The notes under the pieces were generated by a model, which was not told where the DNA came from, searched no databases, and worked only from the letters and a program-made list of their open reading frames with translations. Shown piece after piece: positions 7,894 through 15,959 of a stretch of 23,694 nucleotides of DNA. Made by a program: the position numbers and the translations under genes. Origin of the DNA: an uncultured bacterium (GTDB lineage: Bacteria > Schekmanbacteria > GWA2-38-11 > J061); contig CAZJVM010000040.1 in the NCBI GenBank assembly GCA_964549305.1, positions 1-23,694 on the forward strand. The letters run 5' to 3'. Each line of letters opens with the position of its first letter. The first letter of the stretch is position 1.

Positions 7894-8934
7894 TTATTTG
7901 TGAATTTGATGCCAGTGCCGCGCTGTCTTTTCCCTTAAAGTTTCCCAGTTAAAACTTTTCGCGTCTTCTCCGGTAATTTCCTCAAATTCACCGCGCGCCA
8001 ATGAGAGCAATTTATAGCGCATAGGCGGTTGAGCGGATTTACAGAGCAATAACAGAATTTCAACTCTTTCAATGGGGATATTCGTTGCTGATTTTTTTGT
8101 CTTATCATTTGTCAATTTTTTAAAAATACGTTTAACGGGATTAAAAAATCCTGGCGAAATAAATCCGGCTATTGCATTGATTAGTTCGCAGACCGTCTTT
8201 TCCCAATAATTTAAAGGGTCGGAGGGAGGTGGTGAAGAAGGATCGAGCTTAAATCGTGTTGCCGTGTCGTTTAATGAGATCAGCTCTTTTTCTTTCATAA
8301 ATTCCGATTCAAAAATCTTTTTTCTTTGCCTTAAACTGTGGTGATATATGTGCTTTTTCATTAGAAGTGCCTCAACACAGGAAGAGACCACTTTGCCTGT
8401 CTGATTAATAAGGAAAAAGCTCTCCTCTTCATTCATCTTCCTGTTCCTGAAGTCTTCCGAATATGCTTCTATGGCGCAAATCATCCTGTTTAAAAGAAGT
8501 GTTTTCGGAGCGTTTTTTTCGAGTCTTCCTTTTTTAAACGCCGGCATTGAATCAAGAAGTTTTTCTCCCCAAAGATGTTTTCCCCCATATTTAAGATCGT
8601 AATAAAACTGTGTTGCGGGCAGAACGGAAAGAGATGAATGCCTTATGGGAATAATATCAACAAGCCTTATGTCAATTTTGTCTGCCAGCTTTTTTTCAAG
8701 TTTTACAAAGTCTGCGCACTTCTCATCATTGGCTATGACAAAAATGTCATAATCGTTCACAGGGCGTATTTTCCCATTCCTTAAAATCACGCTTCCTTCG
8801 CCTCTCCCGAAACCCCCGCCGAGAATTATTTCTCGCACCTGAGTGATTTTCGACAACTCTTCGATTATCAGCTTAAGATGTGATTCGATTGTTTCATCGA
8901 TTTCCGGGTTTTCTAAAACCGTATAGATGCCCAA
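7894..8934 (-). CDS. Pol-beta-superfamily nucleotidyltransferase-like protein with helical C-terminal domain
   Basis: IILGGGFGRGEG followed by NDYDIFVI and a later LVDII strand fits the hG[GS]...DhD...D catalytic pattern. TTG start with GGAGA upstream. Confidence 0.72.
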   Translation of the reverse strand: MGIYTVLENPEIDETIESHLKLIIEELSKITQVREIILGGGFGRGEGSVILRNGKIRPVNDYDIFVIANDEKCADFVKLEKKLADKIDIRLVDIIPIRHSSLSVLPATQFYYDLKYGGKHLWGEKLLDSMPAFKKGRLEKNAPKTLLLNRMICAIEAYSEDFRNRKMNEEESFFLINQTGKVVSSCVEALLMKKHIYHHSLRQRKKIFESEFMKEKELISLNDTATRFKLDPSSPPPSDPLNYWEKTVCELINAIAGFISPGFFNPVKRIFKKLTNDKTKKSATNIPIERVEILLLLCKSAQPPMRYKLLSLARGEFEEITGEDAKSFNWETLREKTARHWHQIHK

Positions 8935-8949
8935 TTTAAAGACAATCTC

Positions 8950-10332
8950 CTATTTTTTCCCAAACAGTCCGGAAATTAGCTTAGCCACTTTGCCGGATTT
9001 TTCTTTTTTTGCGCTTTCCCCCGTTATTTGAAGAGAGGGAATCAGATTACTGAATTCCGCGATTAAAGTTTCCCTCGTTTCAATCAGTTTTTCATCGGTA
9101 AAGTCCGTCAGGTTAATCGTAAGCTCAGTGGCATCCTTATCAAGAGCGCAAATGTATTCTTCTTCATCTTTTATCAGTCCCTTTTGCCTGCACTCCCCGT
9201 AAAGCGCTGTACCCGGATAGGGGACAGGGAAAAAAGGGATATTGAACAATTTGTTTCTTCTGAAAAACTTCCTGTTTTCTTCAATTGTTTTTTCATCTTC
9301 ACCGGGCATTCCGATTATAAACGTTCCCGTAACAATTAGTCCCGCGTCCCTGCTCATTTGTATCGTGTTTTCTATATTTTCTATCTTTTGATGTTTTTTC
9401 ATTCTGTCGAGCATTTTCTGGCTTCCCGATTCTATGCCGTAGCCAATCCATCTGCATCCTGCCTCATACATTAGCCCGAGTGTTTCCTTGTCGGCGAAAT
9501 CAGTCCTTCCTATGCATCTCCACGTGATTTGTATCTTTTCGCTGATTATTTTTGAACAAAGCGCCTTAACCTTTTCAAGGTCCGCGTTGAATATTTCATC
9601 GAGAAAATCTATGTGGCCGATTCCGAACAGTTCCACTGCCGATTTGATTTCTTCCATAATGTCATCAACCTTCCTGTGGCGTATCTTTCTTCCGAAATTC
9701 CTGTAGCAGAATGTGCATTCAAAGGGGCATCCCCTGCTTGTTATCATTGTAATGCTCGGAGTCTTTACGTTAACGAGATAGGGAGTTTTCGTGTACGATT
9801 CCATATCGAATAAATCCCAGCAGGGAAGCGGAATTGAGTCAATGTCAACGGGTTTTGATTCAATAGGGTAATGAATTTTTCCCTCCTTTTTAACCATAAG
9901 ATTCGCAATGGATGATATTTCTTTGCCTTCATTGAGCACATCATATAACCTCGCGGCGACATCTTCTCCTTCGCCGACGCATACTGCGTCAAAATCGGAA
10001 TTTTCAAGAAGAAGTTCTCCGGCAGTGCAGATGCTTCCTCCGGCAACGATTATGGCGCGGGGATTGTGTTTTCTGATTGTTGCCGCAAGCCATTTGGCGT
10101 ACTTATAGGTCGTAACCATTCCGCTGAAAGCGACGAGGTCGAATTTGTTACCTCTTGCCTTAAAAAACGATGAAACGCTCTCTTCGCTCTGTTTGCCAGG
10201 TCCTCCGTCAAGCACTTCAACTGTACACCCTTTGTTCTTCAGTACCGCCCCTATGTATGCCAGTCCCATCGGATACGCTCCCTGCGCGGGGCAATTTGTT
10301 TTAAGAGGAGAATTTATCAGGAGAACATTCAT
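8950..10332 (-). CDS. Cobalamin-binding radical SAM protein (class B methyltransferase-like)
   Basis: N-terminal B12-binding-like domain (YPMGLAYIGAVL, VAGG, VGEGE), SRGCPFECTFC CxxxCxxC motif, GIESGSQ, FIIGMPGE, PYPGT. Confidence 0.9.
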   Translation of the reverse strand: MNVLLINSPLKTNCPAQGAYPMGLAYIGAVLKNKGCTVEVLDGGPGKQSEESVSSFFKARGNKFDLVAFSGMVTTYKYAKWLAATIRKHNPRAIIVAGGSICTAGELLLENSDFDAVCVGEGEDVAARLYDVLNEGKEISSIANLMVKKEGKIHYPIESKPVDIDSIPLPCWDLFDMESYTKTPYLVNVKTPSITMITSRGCPFECTFCYRNFGRKIRHRKVDDIMEEIKSAVELFGIGHIDFLDEIFNADLEKVKALCSKIISEKIQITWRCIGRTDFADKETLGLMYEAGCRWIGYGIESGSQKMLDRMKKHQKIENIENTIQMSRDAGLIVTGTFIIGMPGEDEKTIEENRKFFRRNKLFNIPFFPVPYPGTALYGECRQKGLIKDEEEYICALDKDATELTINLTDFTDEKLIETRETLIAEFSNLIPSLQITGESAKKEKSGKVAKLISGLFGKK

Positions 10333-10346
10333 TGTTTTATGAAAGT

Positions 10347-11603
10347 TTATGGTTTTTCAATATTTACGCTAACCGATGAATCCAGATTTGTAATACCCGA
10401 TACGGTTTCCTCTGAGACAACTTCAAAGATGAGATAGTCCGATATCCAATCCAGTCGTTTTATGCCATTTTCCGTCGATTGGCTAACTGCAACGGTTACC
10501 GTATATTTTCCCGCTACGAGCGTCATCTTCTGAGAAAAGCATATTTCAAGAATGCTTTCCTTCTTAACTTCGGGGATATCAATTCCTTTCCATCGGGTAT
10601 TAGTCATATAAACATCTATGCCCGTGTTGTTTCTTACTGTAATTCCCGCAAGAATATCCTTTAAATCTTTGAGGAACCGGACCTTCACTATTATTTTGGT
10701 ATCTTCCATTGATGTTATCGCGTTGGTTTTATCTCCTTTGCCGTTTAACAGCGAGACATCGGTTATTTTGGCTTCCTGAGTGCCGTATTTCTGACTTTTC
10801 CCGTTTTCCCTTGCTTTTGCGAGTTCAGATGGCGAAAAGTCACTCTTTGATGTTTCCGCTTCAATCTGTCTGAAGATAATGGCATTGTATAGATCAATGA
10901 TTTCCGTGGGATTTCCCCTGTCTATAATTTCACCGTTTTGAAGAAGTATGACTTCGTGGCAGTTTCTTTTAATTGCATTCATATCGTGCGAAACAAAAAT
11001 AATAGTCATATTTCTGTTTTGAAATTCTTCGAATTTTCTAAGGCACTTTTGGAAAAACTTGGCATCTCCCACGGCAAGAACTTCGTCAATGAGGAGAATA
11101 TCGGGGTTGCAGTGAATTGCCGTTGCGAATCCAAGGCGCACATACATTCCCGATGAGTAGTATTTTACAGGCATATCGATGAAACTTTCAAGCTCCGAAA
11201 ACTCGATAATCGATGAGATATTCCTGTCTATGTCATCCCTTTTCATTCCCATAATCGAGCCGTTAAGATAGATGTTTTCCCTGCCCGAAAATTCCGGATG
11301 AAATCCTGCGCCAAGCTCCAGAAGTACGCCCATTTTCCCTTTAATTTCGATTGAACCCGACGAGGGTTTCGTAATTCCCGCAAGAAGCTTGAGGATGGTA
11401 CTTTTGCCCGCGCCGTTAGGTCCTATTATTCCGAGAGTCTTTCCCTTTTCCACTTCAAAGGATATTCCTTTCAGCGCGCAGAAAGATTGTGAAGAAGCCA
11501 AGTCGTCTTTTTTGCCGAAGAGGGATGAAATCGAACTTCTCAAACTCCTGTTCTGCCTGGAATACTCTTTTGTAACGCCGTTGAATTTAATAGCTTTTTC
11601 CAT
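10347..11603 (-). CDS. wzt: Polysaccharide ABC exporter ATP-binding subunit with C-terminal Wzt_C (carbohydrate-binding) domain
   Basis: Walker A GPNGAGKST, LLELGAGFHPE, YSSGM signature, LLIDEVLAVGD, VSH, plus a ~150-aa beta-rich C-terminal extension starting near YGTQEAKITDV. Confidence 0.92.
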   Translation of the reverse strand: MEKAIKFNGVTKEYSRQNRSLRSSISSLFGKKDDLASSQSFCALKGISFEVEKGKTLGIIGPNGAGKSTILKLLAGITKPSSGSIEIKGKMGVLLELGAGFHPEFSGRENIYLNGSIMGMKRDDIDRNISSIIEFSELESFIDMPVKYYSSGMYVRLGFATAIHCNPDILLIDEVLAVGDAKFFQKCLRKFEEFQNRNMTIIFVSHDMNAIKRNCHEVILLQNGEIIDRGNPTEIIDLYNAIIFRQIEAETSKSDFSPSELAKARENGKSQKYGTQEAKITDVSLLNGKGDKTNAITSMEDTKIIVKVRFLKDLKDILAGITVRNNTGIDVYMTNTRWKGIDIPEVKKESILEICFSQKMTLVAGKYTVTVAVSQSTENGIKRLDWISDYLIFEVVSEETVSGITNLDSSVSVNIEKP

Positions 11604-11616
11604 CGTTCCTTTTTTA

Positions 11617-12399
11617 CTAAATTATATCCGCAAACTTCATCTCGACTTTTTTGAAATAAAGATATGAAAGCAGAAACACTATTAGCGAAATAACTCCCGA
11701 CAAAGCCGTATATTTCATTGAAGGCATAGTGCCGTAGAGAAGGCAATGCCTGTATCCCTCGATTATTCCCGCAACGGGATTAAGCATATATATGTCCCTG
11801 TATTGCGCCGGAACAATGCTTACGGGATATACTACGGGAGAAAGAAACATCCATATCTGAAGCATTATAGGGACAAGATAACCGATATCGCGTTTAAAAA
11901 CATTTGCCGCCGAAAGGAAAAACGACACCCCTGTAATTAAGATAAACTGAATAACAAGAAAGAGGGGCATAAGCAGAATATAGGGCGAAACCCTGATATG
12001 GTAAAAAAGCGTCATCACGAAGCAGAGAAGCGCGGCAATGATAAAATCCACGAAAGCCGATGATATAACGGACAGCGGAAGAAGTTCGCGGGGAAAATAT
12101 ATCTTTGTCACGAGATTCACATTCTGCACGATGCTCGTGATACCTTTCGTCACCGCCCCTGAAAAGAATGCCCACACAACAAGTCCGCTGTAAGCAAAAA
12201 GAGGGTAGGGGATATTGTTCGTGTCAACCTTTGCAAAAAGTGAAAAGACTATCGTGAAGACTACCATCATCGCTAAGGGTTGAAAGAGGGCCCATCCCAC
12301 ACCGATTACAGTCTGCTTGTAGCGCGCCCTGATATCCTTGACGATAAGGTTGTAAAGCAATTCCCTGTAAGCAAAGAGATTGGATATGTTGGTAATCAT
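11617..12399 (-). CDS. wzm: Polysaccharide ABC exporter permease (ABC-2 type)
   Basis: DIRARYKQTVIGVGW, KIYFPRE, FLSPVVYP, LNP motifs and about six hydrophobic segments. ATG at 12399 preferred over the track's TTG at 12420; start is uncertain. Confidence 0.9.
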   Translation of the reverse strand: MITNISNLFAYRELLYNLIVKDIRARYKQTVIGVGWALFQPLAMMVVFTIVFSLFAKVDTNNIPYPLFAYSGLVVWAFFSGAVTKGITSIVQNVNLVTKIYFPRELLPLSVISSAFVDFIIAALLCFVMTLFYHIRVSPYILLMPLFLVIQFILITGVSFFLSAANVFKRDIGYLVPIMLQIWMFLSPVVYPVSIVPAQYRDIYMLNPVAGIIEGYRHCLLYGTMPSMKYTALSGVISLIVFLLSYLYFKKVEMKFADII

Positions 12400-12408
12400 T
12401 ATGCGGAT

Positions 12409-12417
12409 ATTATAGCA
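12409..12417 (-). promoter_or_regulatory. Putative extended -10 element (TGcTATAAT) upstream of wzm
   Basis: Minus strand reads TGC TATAAT, then 9 nt, then ATG at 12399. No clear -35 or Shine-Dalgarno. Confidence 0.4.
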
Positions 12418-12462
12418 CAAGGGGAGTGAGTATAGAAATATTCAGAAGCGGTTGCGCCGAAA

Positions 12463-13578
12463 TCAGACGAGCCCTTTTTCCTTGAGCTCTTTTGCCGCCT
12501 CTTCGAACTTATCTTCAAAGTAAGCTGTTTCAGCCCATTCTATAAGTTCCTTCATTCCCTCTTCAAAGGAAACGGAAGGCGTATAGAGGCGGTTAATTAC
12601 CTCGGTGCTGTCACTGTAGCAGTGGCGCACATCGCCTTTTCTGAATTTGTTGAGGACAAGCGGCTCGATGTCTTTTCCGTAAAGTGTGGCAAGCTGTCGC
12701 GCGACACTTTTTATTGTCTGCGGGTTGCCGGACCCGAGATTCAGACTCATATAGTCTCCGCCGCTGTTTTCAATCGCGGCGTGGTTTGCCGCGGCAATGT
12801 CCCGCACCGATATAAAATCCCTTGTCTGAAGCCCGTCTTCATAGACTACCGGCTGTTGATTGTTCTTTATCCTGCTCATAAATATTGCCGCAACGCCCGT
12901 GTAGGGATTTGAAAGGGACTGGCGCGGACCGTAAGCATTAAAATAACGAAAGGCAACTGCAGGTATGTCGTATGTCCTTCCGATGTTTAATATCATATCC
13001 TCCTGCATTTTTTTGGTAAGCGCGTAGATTGAATTGCAGACTTGCTCCTTTTTTTCATCTGTGGGTATGGGGGTTACGGGCGCGCCGCAAAGGGGACAGA
13101 AAAGCTCCCACTTTCCGCTTTCCATCTGCTCCTCGGTGCGAAGGGGGGGATTGACTTTTCCGCATTTTTTACAGTTGTAGCGTCCTTCTCCGTAACTGCT
13201 CATCGACGCGGCGATAACAATTTTCCCGATGTCATATTTGCCGTTAACAATCAGATTGAGAAGATTGGAAGTGCCTCCCACGTTGGTGTTCACATAATAA
13301 TCTATCTTGTACTGCGACTGTCCCACTCCCACTGCCGCGGCGTGGTGTGAAACCGCGCTGACTCCCTTAAGCGCCTTCGCAAGGTCGTCGGGGTTTCTCA
13401 CATCCCCTTTTATGAATTCGGCATCTTTGTTGAGATGCTCCGGTTCCTTGCCGTCGGGATGCACCTGATGGTCGAGGTTGTCGAAAATCCGGACATCATA
13501 TCCTTCTTCGACAAGTTTATCGACTATGAATGATCCGATAAAACCCGCGCCGCCTGTAACAAGAACTTTTTTAGCCAT
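12463..13578 (-). CDS. NAD-dependent nucleotide-sugar epimerase/dehydratase (extended SDR) with CxxC...CxxC insert
   Basis: TGGAGFIGS Rossmann motif, ASMSSYG, catalytic YALTK, RYFNAYGPRQ, RDFI, GDVRH. Inserted CKKC and CPLC pairs. Confidence 0.9.
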   Translation of the reverse strand: MAKKVLVTGGAGFIGSFIVDKLVEEGYDVRIFDNLDHQVHPDGKEPEHLNKDAEFIKGDVRNPDDLAKALKGVSAVSHHAAAVGVGQSQYKIDYYVNTNVGGTSNLLNLIVNGKYDIGKIVIAASMSSYGEGRYNCKKCGKVNPPLRTEEQMESGKWELFCPLCGAPVTPIPTDEKKEQVCNSIYALTKKMQEDMILNIGRTYDIPAVAFRYFNAYGPRQSLSNPYTGVAAIFMSRIKNNQQPVVYEDGLQTRDFISVRDIAAANHAAIENSGGDYMSLNLGSGNPQTIKSVARQLATLYGKDIEPLVLNKFRKGDVRHCYSDSTEVINRLYTPSVSFEEGMKELIEWAETAYFEDKFEEAAKELKEKGLV

Positions 13579-13611
13579 ATTTTTTATTCCTTTATTTCAT
13601 TTTATTTCAGA

Positions 13612-13640
13612 AGTTTAGCACTCTCATAATCGGAGGTCAA
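13612..13640 (-). promoter_or_regulatory. Putative sigma70 promoter for the leftward glycan operon
   Basis: Minus strand TTGACC-N17-TAAACT with a TG extended -10, about 33 nt upstream of the ATG at 13578. Confidence 0.6.
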
Positions 13641-13772
13641 GAAAGTGAAAATTAGAAAACTTTTTCATTTTTGCCTGTTGGGAAAAAATTAAAAAGATTG
13701 ACGGTGCAGGCGTGTCAAAATTATTCTATAATCAGTAAAGTTCATTTATTTTAACAAAAGCGGTGCGGATAA

Positions 13773-14771
13773 TTGAGACTTGAATTTTTTCTGACATTTG
13801 TTCTTGCGTTCCTTTTTGCAATTTACGGCACTCCCGTTGCCATTGCCGCGGCACGCAAATTCGGAGTCGTTGACAAACCTGACGGCAATCTGAAAACCCA
13901 CAAGGAACCGGTGCCCTATCTCGGCGGACTTGCCGTTTACCTTTCCTTTCTTCTCGCCCTTGGAATGGTCTATGACTTTTCGCGGGAAGTTTTGGGGATA
14001 ATCCTTTCGGGAACGATTGTCGTTCTGCTCGGATTAATCGACGATTTCGGTGTTCTTTCGCCCGGAATGAAATTTTTAGGACAGCTCGTGGCGGTGTTCA
14101 TTCTTCTGAAATCCGGTGTAATGATAACCGTTATTGCCCTTCCTCCGTGGCTTGCGATACTCCTTACGATTTTCTGGATGATAGGCATCATTAACGGTTT
14201 TAATATCATCGATGTAATGGACGGACTCTCATCGGGAATCGCTTTCTTCGCCTCTCTCGCATTTTTTGTTGTTGCCGTAATAAATAGCGAACCGATGATT
14301 GCCATTATAAGCATTGCTCTTGCCGGAAGTCTTTTGGGATTTCTTTACTATAATTTCGAACCTGCAAAAATCTATCTCGGAGATACGGGGAGTATGTTCA
14401 TAGGACTGATACTTGGCGCTCTCGCGATGACCGGAAAATACAGTTTCAACAACAATGTGGGATTTCTCGCGCCGTTGGTGATTCTTGCCGTACCCATATT
14501 CGACACGATTCTCGTTATGTATCTGCGCGCTCTCAGGAGAAAATCAATCTTTTTGGGAAGCAAGGACCATTTTGCCCTGCGCCTCAGGAAATGGACTCTT
14601 TCAGTACGCAGGACCGTTCTTCTAAGCTACGGGGCGTCTCTTTGCCTGAGTATATTAGGTATAGCAGTTATTTTCACCGATAACACTACCGCTCTTTCGC
14701 TCGTTGCCGTAATTCTTCTTTTTTTCCTTTTAATCGCAAGATGGTTGAAGAGAATCGATGTCGGATTCTAA
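13773..14771 (+). CDS. MraY/WecA/TagO-family undecaprenyl-phosphate HexNAc-1-phosphate transferase
   Basis: Polytopic membrane protein with VPYLGGLA, LGLIDD, GFNIIDVMDGL, PAKIYLGDTGS, PIFDT, and a KDH motif in the late cytoplasmic loop. TTG start. Confidence 0.9.
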   Translation: MRLEFFLTFVLAFLFAIYGTPVAIAAARKFGVVDKPDGNLKTHKEPVPYLGGLAVYLSFLLALGMVYDFSREVLGIILSGTIVVLLGLIDDFGVLSPGMKFLGQLVAVFILLKSGVMITVIALPPWLAILLTIFWMIGIINGFNIIDVMDGLSSGIAFFASLAFFVVAVINSEPMIAIISIALAGSLLGFLYYNFEPAKIYLGDTGSMFIGLILGALAMTGKYSFNNNVGFLAPLVILAVPIFDTILVMYLRALRRKSIFLGSKDHFALRLRKWTLSVRRTVLLSYGASLCLSILGIAVIFTDNTTALSLVAVILLFFLLIARWLKRIDVGF

Positions 14772-15927
14772 TAAAAAAATAACAGTCGTTCACATCATCA
14801 CAAAGCTCGAACTGGGCGGCGCTCAGCAGAATACTCTTTACACTGCGGAACATCTCGACCGTGAAAAATTCAATGTGGCGCTTATAACGGGAAACGAGGG
14901 GTATCTCATAAACAGGGCGATGAATCTAAAAGATATTGACCTTTATTTTGTAGATGAGCTTGTTCGGGAAATAAATCCTTTCAGAGATTACGTGGCGCTG
15001 AAAAAAATCAGAAAAATATTGAAGGACAAAGCGCAGATTTGCGGCACTGAAAGAATCATAGTCCACACCCACAGCTCAAAAGCGGGAATTCTGGGTAGAT
15101 GGGCGGCAAGGCAGAACGGGATACCTTTCATAATACACACATTCCACGGATTCGGCTTCAATGATTTTCAAAATGCGCTGAAAAGGAGCTTTTATATTTT
15201 TCTTGAAAGAATGACCGCAAATATATCCACTGCGCTCATTGCCGTAAGCGAGGCAAATATTAAAAAAGCGCTGAAGCTTGGAATCGGGAAGCAGAATCAG
15301 TTTCATCTTATAAGAAGCGGAATAAAGGTAGAAGATTATTCGGGAAATCCCGCAGGCAAAGAGGAAGCAAGAAGAGCGTTGTCACTTCCCGCTGATATTC
15401 CTCTTGTGGGCGCGGTTGCCTGTTTCAAACCTCAGAAGGACCTGCTTACTTTTGTGCGCGCGGCGAGGGAAGTATCCGATGAAATTCCCAATGCCAAATT
15501 CGTTTTGGCGGGAGACGGCATTATGAGGAGAAAAATAGAGGATGAGATAAAAAAACTTTCCCTTGTTGACAAGTTCATTCTTTTGGGCTGGACCGAAAAG
15601 ACTTCGCTTTTTCTAAGGGCAATCGATGTTCTGCTTCATACGGCGCTTTGGGAGGGGTTGCCCCGCGTTTTGCCCGAATCTGTGGCAACGGGAGTGCCCG
15701 TAGTCGCCACTGATGTTGACGGAAACAAAGAAGCGGTTGCGGAAGGCATTAACGGCTTTTTAACCGCGCCCGGTGATTATGCTGATATGGCAAAAAAAGT
15801 ATGCGGCATTTTAAAAGATGAAGCGCTTTACGAAAAACTATCGAACAATCAGGGTCTGATTGATGACACCTTCCATATAGATACGATGGTGAGGTTACAG
15901 GAGAAACTTTATCTTTCGTTCTATTGA
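14758..15927 (+). CDS. GT4-family (GT-B) glycosyltransferase
   Basis: LELGGAQ, HTHSSKAG, HTFHG, KPQKD, and EGLPRVLPE (EX7E), VVATDVDG. Overlaps the upstream gene by 14 nt. Confidence 0.92.
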   Translation: MSDSNKKITVVHIITKLELGGAQQNTLYTAEHLDREKFNVALITGNEGYLINRAMNLKDIDLYFVDELVREINPFRDYVALKKIRKILKDKAQICGTERIIVHTHSSKAGILGRWAARQNGIPFIIHTFHGFGFNDFQNALKRSFYIFLERMTANISTALIAVSEANIKKALKLGIGKQNQFHLIRSGIKVEDYSGNPAGKEEARRALSLPADIPLVGAVACFKPQKDLLTFVRAAREVSDEIPNAKFVLAGDGIMRRKIEDEIKKLSLVDKFILLGWTEKTSLFLRAIDVLLHTALWEGLPRVLPESVATGVPVVATDVDGNKEAVAEGINGFLTAPGDYADMAKKVCGILKDEALYEKLSNNQGLIDDTFHIDTMVRLQEKLYLSFY

Positions 15928-15959
15928 CAAAAACGCGCTAACGCTAAACTCTCATTCCT

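Noticed and set aside
7894-8934. Nucleotidyltransferase as a CBASS cyclase or MNT-HEPN toxin-antitoxin component
   Set aside because: No effector, Cap or separate HEPN gene is adjacent, and the gene is tightly embedded in a glycan operon. Not formally excluded without a structure search.
13698-13718. Inverted repeat TTGAC-N11-GTCAA in the divergent promoter region
   Set aside because: Only 5-bp arms; explicable as opposed -35-like hexamers, and the spacing does not match a regulator site I can name.
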